64,000 nucleotides of DNA from a virus. The stretch is from the IMG/VR virus record IMGVR_UViG_3300045988_109843, positions 1 to 64,000 of that record; one strand, given 5' to 3'. The notes under the pieces are model-generated. The model was not told where the DNA came from, made no database searches, and saw nothing but the letters and a program-made list of their open reading frames with translations. Every line of letters begins with the position of its first letter. The first letter of the stretch is position 1. Of this stretch, positions 56,933 through 64,000 are shown one piece after another. Both the position numbers and the translations under genes were made by a program.

Positions 56933-57799
56933 TCAACATTTATCAAAGTTATAAGTGACGGTCACAACCTTCTCTGCATCACCGATACGGCACCGATCTT
57001 CCCTCAATGCCTTTTCAAGACCACAGCCTGCGCTGTATATGATACCGTTTTCAAACACGTCAGAACCGATAAATCCGAATGCTCTGTCAATCTCTTTCCA
57101 TTCTCCGTGTTCTTCTCGATAAAGCGTATAGCCATAGTTCTCACCAGAAAGATAGTCACTGTATTCCTTCACCTCATTACGCATAATTCGTTCTGCTTCA
57201 TTTTTGGTATTATCCGAACTATCAGCAACAGCTGTTACAATCCAACCAACATTGCTATCATCCCATGAACCTCTAAACCGGGTATCGCAATCCATAGACA
57301 AGCCAGAATGGTCATGCAGCCAAATAGGAAGCCAAGCAATATGCTTATCAAGAAGGATCTGACAATCACGAATAGAAAACTCACCAGCAACATATGTAAT
57401 GATTTCGTTATATTTCAATCCCACATACATCGGATTTTCAGAAACTTTTTCATCAAAAAAAGTTCCAATACCGCAAATGGCATATCGTTTTTCGTCGCCA
57501 TAATTTTCATCAACAACGACACAGGTGTCTTCCAGCTTCATATTAAAAAGCGCATCCAGAATCTCTTCATTAGAGCAATATTTGTAAACCAGATTATTCC
57601 AAAACTCTTCCGGTGTTTTTGCCTCAACCTTATCGCCCAGATTGTATCGAGAATGGAAACAGGCCATTACAGAATCGTGGTCATCCCACCAACGAGGATT
57701 ATTATCTGCTTCATCATCATGCTGGATATGTAAGCAATACAGATTATCGCCGTAAGTCCATTTTATGATTTCATTATCGTAACAATATAGAACAGTCAT
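56933..57799 (-). CDS. hypothetical protein
   Basis: 288 aa. Largest gene of the small-ORF array. No family recognised. Confidence 0.55.
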   Translation of the reverse strand: MTVLYCYDNEIIKWTYGDNLYCLHIQHDDEADNNPRWWDDHDSVMACFHSRYNLGDKVEAKTPEEFWNNLVYKYCSNEEILDALFNMKLEDTCVVVDENYGDEKRYAICGIGTFFDEKVSENPMYVGLKYNEIITYVAGEFSIRDCQILLDKHIAWLPIWLHDHSGLSMDCDTRFRGSWDDSNVGWIVTAVADSSDNTKNEAERIMRNEVKEYSDYLSGENYGYTLYREEHGEWKEIDRAFGFIGSDVFENGIIYSAGCGLEKALREDRCRIGDAEKVVTVTYNFDKC

Positions 57800-57810
57800 A
57801 TTTATTCTCC

Positions 57811-58323
57811 TTATTCATACCAAAAGGTTTGTTCATCCATTTCTTCTGGATACAAATTGGCGTATTCTGCTGTCACTGCGCGATAATCGATTCCATCAAT
57901 AGTAACATATTCTTCGTCAAGATGTTCCACCATGTCCGCATTCGATTCCGACACTTCGATGTCGAAAATCTCTTTTGTTTCCGTATTCACCTTGCATTTC
58001 GTAGTGATATCAAAACCACCGTCCCAAACAGAAGTAAACATGGCGTCTTTAATATTTTCAGAGTATTTCGTATCAACCACCTCGCAAATTGCAAAATCCC
58101 AGTTTCCATCGCCAAGCTCAAAATGAGCATCTGTCACATAGGCACTGTCATTGTTGATTTCAAAATCAACTTCCGTTTCTCCGCCAGATTGACTCACGAT
58201 TTGCTCAACACGTTTTCTCATCTCTGCTTGAGCCTCATCAAGAGTTTCAAAATAATCAGGTTCGAAAATTTTCCGTTCGTTAACGGCGATCAAAATATAT
58301 TTTTTCATATCTAAAATCTCCAT
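57811..58323 (-). CDS. hypothetical acidic protein
   Basis: 170 aa. Confidence 0.5.
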   Translation of the reverse strand: MEILDMKKYILIAVNERKIFEPDYFETLDEAQAEMRKRVEQIVSQSGGETEVDFEINNDSAYVTDAHFELGDGNWDFAICEVVDTKYSENIKDAMFTSVWDGGFDITTKCKVNTETKEIFDIEVSESNADMVEHLDEEYVTIDGIDYRAVTAEYANLYPEEMDEQTFWYE

Positions 58324-58324
58324 T

Positions 58325-58510
58325 TTATAAAATAATTCCGTAATTCTTCATTTTTTCGATTGTTTCAATAGACTTTTTAATTCCGGTTGCTTTGCCATAA
58401 TACCATGTCATTCTCTCTTCATCGCCTTCTTTTTGTGCAGTGTAAGCAATATCTTGGCAATAAGAATATTCGTCCTTCAAGGCAATGATAATCTTTTTAA
58501 CATCATTCAT
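58325..58510 (-). CDS. hypothetical protein
   Basis: 61 aa. Confidence 0.35.
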   Translation of the reverse strand: MNDVKKIIIALKDEYSYCQDIAYTAQKEGDEERMTWYYGKATGIKKSIETIEKMKNYGIIL

Positions 58511-58523
58511 ATCCCATCACCTC

Positions 58524-58796
58524 TTATGCGCTAGCCTTTTCTTCAAATGTGTACCAATCAGACCAAATCTTATCGACTTCGCCATTCTTAAAACCGTTCT
58601 TATAATCGGTAAACTCAACATAATAATTGCTTGTCCACTCATTCAGAGCGTGCTCATAGATAGCTGCAACACCACGCTTTGTTTCAACAACAAAACTATC
58701 GACCAGAACACCTTCAACGTAAGCACCAGTATATTGTGCTTTGTTCTGGTGCATCCAACGGTTAAGAGCACCTGCATTAAGATAAAACCGTGTCAT
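58524..58796 (-). CDS. hypothetical protein
   Basis: 90 aa. Confidence 0.45.
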   Translation of the reverse strand: MTRFYLNAGALNRWMHQNKAQYTGAYVEGVLVDSFVVETKRGVAAIYEHALNEWTSNYYVEFTDYKNGFKNGEVDKIWSDWYTFEEKASA

Positions 58797-58809
58797 AACT
58801 CATTCTCCT

Positions 58810-59058
58810 TTACTCTGTAATCATCATAGCGAGAACTGGTTCACCGGAATCTTTCAGCTGAAGTTCCAGAATGTCGCCGTCATCCACAATCTCACACTTG
58901 CTTAGATAATCCTGAAGAAAGAACATCTGACATTCTTGCCAGAAGATTTCTTTCGGATCTTCATTCTCACCTACGAACACATTCTTGTGGTGGAAAGATT
59001 CATTCCAAATCCAACCTTCACCATCGTGCAGTGCATGAACTTCTCTTAAATCCCACAT
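58810..59058 (-). CDS. hypothetical protein (MWDL... N-terminus)
   Basis: 82 aa. Confidence 0.45.
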   Translation of the reverse strand: MWDLREVHALHDGEGWIWNESFHHKNVFVGENEDPKEIFWQECQMFFLQDYLSKCEIVDDGDILELQLKDSGEPVLAMMITE

Positions 59059-59060
59059 AA

Positions 59061-59297
59061 TCAGTCCTCCCCAAAAATATGACGCTTGTTAAGGTCATCA
59101 TAGATAATATCCTCAATTTTATTTTTGGTATTATCATCGAGTTCTCCATAAGGAGCATCATCAAGATAATAGAAGTAAATTTCATTTCCAAGATTCTTAT
59201 ACATGACACTCACATAAAACCCAGCTGAAATTCCATTCAGTAAAGCATATCCAATACCATATACTTCTGAATAATTGTTACCCATTAAATCCCACAT
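59061..59297 (-). CDS. hypothetical protein, tandem paralog 1
   Basis: 78 aa. Paralog of 59300..59533: shared MWxL...IGYA... and a C-terminal IFGED/IFAED. Confidence 0.5.
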   Translation of the reverse strand: MWDLMGNNYSEVYGIGYALLNGISAGFYVSVMYKNLGNEIYFYYLDDAPYGELDDNTKNKIEDIIYDDLNKRHIFGED

Positions 59298-59299
59298 AG

Positions 59300-59533
59300 T
59301 TAATCCTCCGCAAAAATCCCTTTCTCTTTCAAATAAGCTTTTAAGATATTCTCACACGTTTTCTTTTCTAGCCGGTCGCTCACTTCTAATAGACAATAAA
59401 AGAACTCAATAGAATTTGTATCTTCATATATTTTGAACATAAGTGTTACACACCCAAGCTTATCAATATCGTAAAATACAGCATATCCAATCTTGTTATC
59501 ATCTGAATATTGGCATTTAGCTAAAACCCACAT
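59300..59533 (-). CDS. hypothetical protein, tandem paralog 2
   Basis: 77 aa. See 59061..59297. Confidence 0.5.
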   Translation of the reverse strand: MWVLAKCQYSDDNKIGYAVFYDIDKLGCVTLMFKIYEDTNSIEFFYCLLEVSDRLEKKTCENILKAYLKEKGIFAED

Positions 59534-59537
59534 TTTA

Positions 59538-60059
59538 TCACCTCAAAATCCCCTTGAGCATCTTTACCATACCTTCGTAATCTTTATCATCTGCACCTAG
59601 CATACGAACTGTTCTATCAAAATCAACCGTCTGACAATCACTGAAATCGTATTGCTCAATATCGTTGCTACAAGTGTCAGGGTAATGTTCTTCAAGCCTG
59701 TCTTTCGTACCACAGTCACAGAAGGTTCCAGAATAATAATCACTGGCCGACTCACCTGTTTTCATGTACACACGGATACCATCTGTGACAATCACTTTAG
59801 CGAACCGCTTCATATCTTCTGGCGTAAAGGTCTTATCCATGACATCATACGAATAGACCATGTAACAAGTTTTATCAGGCTCATAAATATCCTGTTCCTT
59901 ATTTGCACCGAACGCTCTAGCGTATCCACCAGCCCATCCACCACAAAACACAAGAATTTCTTTTCCTGCTTCGATAGCTGCCATATATTCCTCTTCAGGA
60001 ATTGCTACAATTCTTCCGTTAGGAAAAATAAAACCTTCAAATTCTCTCATATCAAACAC
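59538..60059 (-). CDS. hypothetical protein
   Basis: 173 aa. Confidence 0.5.
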   Translation of the reverse strand: MFDMREFEGFIFPNGRIVAIPEEEYMAAIEAGKEILVFCGGWAGGYARAFGANKEQDIYEPDKTCYMVYSYDVMDKTFTPEDMKRFAKVIVTDGIRVYMKTGESASDYYSGTFCDCGTKDRLEEHYPDTCSNDIEQYDFSDCQTVDFDRTVRMLGADDKDYEGMVKMLKGILR

Positions 60060-60288
60060 TCCCTACGTTCTTAAATCCATAAAGACTATAACCTTTATAT
60101 TTAAAATACCGCATCGCTTTGTTAATCTGGGAAGAACTTGCTGTCGAATGGCTTTTTAGGTATGTATTTTTGTATTCACACAGCTTTTTATACTCATCAC
60201 TTTCACGATGAGCTTTTAACTTTTCACAATGGTCATGACAGCCGGGATAACGCTCCGGTGCCACACAGTAACGGCAAGGATCAGTCAT
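60052..60288 (-). CDS. hypothetical Cys-rich protein (start trimmed to MTDPCRYC)
   Basis: Track ORF 60052..60372 overlaps the upstream gene by 92 nt. An internal Met gives an 8-nt overlap. CRYC...CHDHC. Confidence 0.4.
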   Translation of the reverse strand: MTDPCRYCVAPERYPGCHDHCEKLKAHRESDEYKKLCEYKNTYLKSHSTASSSQINKAMRYFKYKGYSLYGFKNVGSV

Positions 60289-60601
60289 CGTTATTCTCCT
60301 TTTCGCCAATGCTATCAAACATTTCTCTGATACAGTTAATCCACACGTTGTTTTCCGGCATATTGCAATCAAAATTATCTTGAAAACGTTCTACTAATTC
60401 CTCAGCATATTCAATAGCTTCATCATAAGAATAGCCGTATTCTCCTTCAATCCAATCCTCATGAAGTTCGAGTTGATTTTTAGCATCAGCAAGGCAATAC
60501 TGATATTCTCTATAACGATATGCCGCTTCAATCTGTTCAGGTGTCATCTCCCAAGACTTACCATCCCAGCTAGTTACAATAACCTTGTTTTCGTTTTTCA
60601 T
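60281..60601 (-). CDS. hypothetical protein
   Basis: 106 aa. Confidence 0.45.
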   Translation of the reverse strand: MKNENKVIVTSWDGKSWEMTPEQIEAAYRYREYQYCLADAKNQLELHEDWIEGEYGYSYDEAIEYAEELVERFQDNFDCNMPENNVWINCIREMFDSIGEKENNDD

Positions 60602-60783
60602 ACTGCAAACTCCTTTTCTCTTGTGAACTTAATCACCAGCGCATTTACGTTGGCTGCTTCCATCGTACTTGCTTTCGCATCCTCGTGATTACCAGCTCTG
60701 AGAAACGAAACACTTTGATCCATCAGCTTACGCCGATAAGAAGAAAGTGCCGCCAGAACGATATTCTTTTCGGTGTTTGTCAT
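60598..60783 (-). CDS. hypothetical protein
   Basis: 61 aa. Confidence 0.35.
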   Translation of the reverse strand: MTNTEKNIVLAALSSYRRKLMDQSVSFLRAGNHEDAKASTMEAANVNALVIKFTREKEFAV

Positions 60784-61076
60784 TATTCTTTCCTTTCTTC
60801 AAATCCGATTAAGTCTCCCAAACCAATTCGCTCTTCATCATACCAGTTTGTTTTTTGATACGGCCATTCGCCTACTGTTTCACTAAAAGGTCCACATTTA
60901 TGCACTGCATAAAGCGGAATATCGGGTTTGTAATTCAAAGAGATAGCCACAATCTCATCGTATGCTCCGGTGACAGAATCTCTATACTCTTCTTCGTTTT
61001 CAGAAGAAAAAGTTTTCCCACACAAACGACATTTGTATCGCGGAACCATCGTCATTCTTATCACCTCAATCTTCAT
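60783..61076 (-). CDS. hypothetical zinc-ribbon protein
   Basis: 97 aa. CRLCG...HKCG. Confidence 0.4.
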   Translation of the reverse strand: MKIEVIRMTMVPRYKCRLCGKTFSSENEEEYRDSVTGAYDEIVAISLNYKPDIPLYAVHKCGPFSETVGEWPYQKTNWYDEERIGLGDLIGFEERKE

Positions 61077-61288
61077 CGCTCAGGTTCTGACAAAAACTCA
61101 CGATAAAACTCCAAGTATTCCAAGCGTTCGAAAAGTTCTTGTTCATATAACCTATCACAATATTGGTCTAAATATTCCTGTTCATAATCTCGAATTTCAT
61201 TTTCGAGTTTTTGTTTTTCTTCAAAGAAATCATCTATTCCTTCTTCGATAGGATTATCTCTTTGTACTTTCATATTTCCCCTCGTCAA
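61073..61288 (-). CDS. hypothetical protein
   Basis: 71 aa. Confidence 0.4.
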   Translation of the reverse strand: MTRGNMKVQRDNPIEEGIDDFFEEKQKLENEIRDYEQEYLDQYCDRLYEQELFERLEYLEFYREFLSEPER

Positions 61289-61307
61289 TCATTGTAAAAT
61301 ATCTGTT

Positions 61308-61613
61308 TTAGAAGTTTTTGAAATCCAAATCTCTTACAAAATTCACAACAGGGTCTCGGAAAACAACGCTCTTAATACAAAGAGACTCCACCTCATACTG
61401 ACCTTTACAATTTCCGTAAAAGATAAGTCCATGACCGATTTCATCAAACCATTTTTGAGCCTTATCAATAGAATAAAAGTGCTGCGCACCATCAACGGAT
61501 TCAGTAAAAAATGTATACCCACACTCACCAAATTGAACATACTCCCAACGATTAAGAGTGTTTCCTTCGTAGTCGAATAAATGCTTTACGGCAATAACAT
61601 ATACAGTTTTCAT
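61308..61613 (-). CDS. hypothetical protein
   Basis: 101 aa. Confidence 0.45.
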   Translation of the reverse strand: MKTVYVIAVKHLFDYEGNTLNRWEYVQFGECGYTFFTESVDGAQHFYSIDKAQKWFDEIGHGLIFYGNCKGQYEVESLCIKSVVFRDPVVNFVRDLDFKNF

Positions 61614-61640
61614 ATTTTCATCTCCTATAAAAGCATGATT

Positions 61641-61856
61641 TTAGATATAAAAAGCATCATAAAGATCCTCGGGCTTATCATTCGGCATCCATACTTTTGC
61701 ATTATCATTAAGGAAGTAACAGCAACCAAAAAATCCCATAGGAGAATCACAAAGATTCTGTTCACCATCTTTAACACCAACTTGATAAACAATATAGATA
61801 AACTCAGCAAGTTCATGTTTATCCATTCGCTTAATGCGGTCGTACATTGTTTCCAT
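61641..61856 (-). CDS. hypothetical protein
   Basis: 71 aa. Confidence 0.4.
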   Translation of the reverse strand: METMYDRIKRMDKHELAEFIYIVYQVGVKDGEQNLCDSPMGFFGCCYFLNDNAKVWMPNDKPEDLYDAFYI

Positions 61857-61870
61857 ATCAATCGCTCCTT

Positions 61871-62260
61871 TTAGATGTCACTCTCTTCGTTTTTAAGACG
61901 ACACTGTTCTTGACACTTGTCATAATAATCAATAACTTCGTTAATCTTCTCAGGAGATTCTTCTCTATATTTCTTATACATCTCCACTGCCTCTTTTGCT
62001 TTACAATCATATGCCCACCGATAAGCCTTTACAAATCTCTGCTGACGGCGACCATAATTCTTATCCTTCTCTCTAGCTTCATATATCTTTTTAACAGTTC
62101 TTTCAGTGACCTTATCGTTGTTTATCGAAACTCTATGCATTACATCAGAAAACTCAAGAAACATACTTTCAGGTACATATCCATTGTGATCTCGCATCTG
62201 TGTCCACATCTTTCCAAGCATCTGAAAGTCCTTTTTACCGATATAAGCCATACCTAACAC
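61871..62260 (-). CDS. hypothetical protein
   Basis: 129 aa. Confidence 0.5.
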   Translation of the reverse strand: MLGMAYIGKKDFQMLGKMWTQMRDHNGYVPESMFLEFSDVMHRVSINNDKVTERTVKKIYEAREKDKNYGRRQQRFVKAYRWAYDCKAKEAVEMYKKYREESPEKINEVIDYYDKCQEQCRLKNEESDI

Positions 62261-62343
62261 TCCTTTTAATATTATTGTGTTTTTACATTCTGGTAGCGGT
62301 TATGTCTGCCCTAGTACCGCCAATCACCTAGCATAATAACGTA

Positions 62344-62670
62344 TTATTTTAATTTTCCTTTCAAATATAACTCCTGCTTATAATGCCTATGTTCTTTCAT
62401 GATTTTATTTCGTTCTTCTAATGACGGTTTATAATCTTTCCAGTGACTCTTGATGTGATCATCGTTTTTCTTTTTGGATTCTGGATTAACTATAAGCAAA
62501 ATAGATTTCTTACTCACGTTATATTCTTTCGCCAAATCCATTAAGCTAAATAATCCAGTAGAATATTTTTTTCGGATTTCTTCTTTCATTACAGATGTAA
62601 TCTTTACTCTTCTATCTTGTTGTTCTGAAAGTTTTATTTTTTCAGATTTATAAGGCATTATGACACCCAC
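62344..62670 (-). CDS. hypothetical protein with possible helix-turn-helix
   Basis: 108 aa. LFSLMDLAKEYNVSKKSILLIV looks like a helix-turn-helix. Confidence 0.4.
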   Translation of the reverse strand: MGVIMPYKSEKIKLSEQQDRRVKITSVMKEEIRKKYSTGLFSLMDLAKEYNVSKKSILLIVNPESKKKNDDHIKSHWKDYKPSLEERNKIMKEHRHYKQELYLKGKLK

Positions 62671-62906
62671 TCCTGACTTCTTATATAATCCTTAATAGAT
62701 GGATTGTATTCATTACGGTCAATGTATTGACACAGGACACGCTGCACATCACGGTTATCACCGTAATCCATCGCTAACGAAATATCTTCACCGTGAGTTC
62801 CAACACCTAGGCGTTCATACTTTCTAACTTCAAGATAAAAGTCATGTGAGCTGTAGTGTCTGCCATCCCGGCGATCAAGAATGCTATCAATAATCAAAAT
62901 ATTCAC
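62658..62906 (-). CDS. hypothetical protein
   Basis: 82 aa. Confidence 0.4.
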   Translation of the reverse strand: MNILIIDSILDRRDGRHYSSHDFYLEVRKYERLGVGTHGEDISLAMDYGDNRDVQRVLCQYIDRNEYNPSIKDYIRSQEWVS

Positions 62907-62909
62907 CTC

Positions 62910-63146
62910 TTAACCAAAAATAAAAATGGCTAACGTTCTTGAAGTCACAGCATAATAAACACCGGTTTCATGACCTCTTAACAACATTCCGTTACAACCA
63001 TAAACACCGGAAGAATATCCAACTTGAGAAAGAAACCCTTCTTTTTTGATGATTCTTTCATAATCTTCGTTGTTTGCACGAGTAACATCCTCTGCCATTC
63101 CAAGGGCAACCATATTCTTCAGTTCTTTCTGAGTGTACTTACGCAT
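62910..63146 (-). CDS. hypothetical protein
   Basis: 78 aa. Confidence 0.4.
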   Translation of the reverse strand: MRKYTQKELKNMVALGMAEDVTRANNEDYERIIKKEGFLSQVGYSSGVYGCNGMLLRGHETGVYYAVTSRTLAIFIFG

Positions 63147-63687
63147 TTTCTTCCATCTCCTTTACAGTCTCATCGTCCCAATGGAATCCACGCTTTTCAT
63201 AAAGCGGAATCCAATGAGCTTCAAAAAAGTCGTAGCCACAACCATCAATGCCGAAAATGTACTCAAAATCCTCTTGCTCGTAGATACGGAATCCGCAATC
63301 TGCCATTTCCTGAAGATGATTTTCAAGCCACCAGTTGTCGCAACTGTCGCTAAACTGCCACATCGTTCCCCACATCGGAAAGAAGTCGTCACGCTCGACT
63401 TCAAAATCATCTTCTCTGACATCAACTTCCTCGCCAGTGCCGTCGAGACAAATTTTGTAAGTGTTGTCATCTTCGTTGTAGCTCCGAATCTCACCATTTT
63501 CACCATAGTGGTCACCGCTAAAGATATAGATACGATCACCACAAGACGGCGGCGTGATTTCAGTAATGCCTTCGCCATTCTCTTCCAAATCGACCTTGGC
63601 GAGCTTTTCAATAACACTCTGAGGAATCGCATTAAATTCCCGAACCCATGCGTAAGCTGCATCCTTCTTAGTTTTGTACATAGCCAT
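63139..63687 (-). CDS. hypothetical highly acidic protein (first gene downstream of the 63.8 kb promoter)
   Basis: 182 aa, very D/E-rich. Confidence 0.5.
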   Translation of the reverse strand: MAMYKTKKDAAYAWVREFNAIPQSVIEKLAKVDLEENGEGITEITPPSCGDRIYIFSGDHYGENGEIRSYNEDDNTYKICLDGTGEEVDVREDDFEVERDDFFPMWGTMWQFSDSCDNWWLENHLQEMADCGFRIYEQEDFEYIFGIDGCGYDFFEAHWIPLYEKRGFHWDDETVKEMEENA

Positions 63688-63711
63688 AGCAGTTGACTCT
63701 CCTTTTCTTTC

Positions 63712-63732
63712 GTATCCTGTGTTATATAGCTA
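63712..63732 (+). repeat. 21-bp conserved motif, forward copy (GTATCCTGTGTTATATAGCTA)
   Basis: Forms a 21-bp inverted repeat with 63772-63792 (1 mismatch, 1 G:U-type position). Lies 24 nt upstream of the 63687 start codon. Confidence 0.7.
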
Positions 63733-63737
63733 TATGG

Positions 63738-63765
63738 TAAAAATAAAAGTCCTATAACGGACTGC
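63738..63765 (-). terminator. weak hairpin + U-tract between the two motif copies
   Basis: AGTCC-tataac-GGACT (5 bp) with a minus-strand tail UUUAUUUUU. Only a marginal stem. Confidence 0.3.
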
Positions 63766-63771
63766 CTTTTC

Positions 63772-63808
63772 TAGCTACATAATACAGGATACCGCTGATT
63801 TTGTCAAG
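63772..63808 (-). promoter_or_regulatory. sigma70-type promoter TTGACA-18-TATTAT (21-bp motif, inverse copy)
   Basis: Minus strand reads gtgcTTGACAaaatcagcggtatcctgTATTATgtagctag. The -35 is complementary to 63803-63808 and the -10 to 63779-63784. Confidence 0.6.
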
Positions 63809-63883
63809 CACTTTAATGTAGATTTTATTAACGTCGCATTTTAGCGCGTTGATACGTTGCTTATTCATGACCATTTTGTGAAT

Positions 63884-64000
63884 GTACGGTCAAGCCATAC
63901 CAAACAGCTTCATTCCGGCAGTGCCCATGTCTGCCGGATACAAGTTTACAACACGATTGTCGTAAAACTCTGCAATCAGGTTACCGCTGCAGACATCCAT
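63884..64000 (-). CDS. partial CDS (3' end of a gene running off the window edge)
   Basis: Open frame ...MDVCSGNLIAEFYDNRVVNLYPADMGTAGMKLFGMA ending at TGA 63884. The upstream part lies outside the window. Confidence 0.35.

Noticed and set aside
21340-63810. Reading the repeated 21-bp motif as a CRISPR array or as att sites.
   Set aside because: Copies are kilobases apart, occur in both orientations, are not separated by regular spacers, and each sits in a promoter or intergenic context. This is regulatory repeat behaviour, not CRISPR.

Overview
The whole 64 kb window is dense phage DNA, either free phage or prophage. About 110 co-directional genes sit on the minus strand with 0-15 nt spacing and frequent ATGA/4-8 nt overlaps. 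Every plus-strand ORF in the track reads as antisense noise. No capsid, terminase or tail genes occur in the window.

Layout, left to right:
- 0.1-1.4 kb: tyrosine integrase.
- 1.6-17.9 kb: a nucleotide-metabolism block made of FolD, a dCTP deaminase/dUTPase, NrdG, an intein-containing NrdD, a DUF3310 protein and ThyX. A FloT-like flotillin, a membrane protein and LemA sit inside the same operon.
- 20-37 kb: a replication and recombination module with an ATP-dependent ligase, a RecD-like helicase, a DnaE-type polymerase, a metallophosphoesterase, a HAD-like protein, a RecJ-like DHH exonuclease, a primase, a DnaB-like helicase, a Sak4/AAA_24 ATPase and a putative SSB.
- 38-39.4 kb: a C5-cytosine methyltransferase whose motifs are circularly permuted.
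- 39.6-40.5 kb: a 7-tRNA array.
- 41.0-43.1 kb: a GC-richer gene for a ~690 aa protein of unknown function.
- 43.2-45.8 kb: a second tyrosine-recombinase-like gene, a solo MazF-like toxin with its own sigma70 promoter, and a SleB-like hydrolase.
- 47.3 kb: a Lar-like protein.
- 49.4-51 kb: a DnaD-like protein and a third tyrosine recombinase.
- 52-53.4 kb: a Bro-N antirepressor-like protein.
- 53.4-63.7 kb: an array of about 30 small genes of unknown function.

The most unusual signals are:
- A 21-bp motif, GTATCCTGTRTWRTRTAGCTA, present at least 9 times in both orientations. The inverse copies are textbook sigma70 promoters, and forward copies sit in a recurring terminator-motif-gene arrangement.
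- The permuted methyltransferase.
- The phage-borne FloT/LemA operon.
- The LAGLIDADG intein in nrdD.
- The solo MazF.

FloT, LemA, SleB and tRNA-Gln with a U1:A72 pair point to a low-GC Firmicutes host.

All coordinates were derived by hand and may be off by 1-2 nt.
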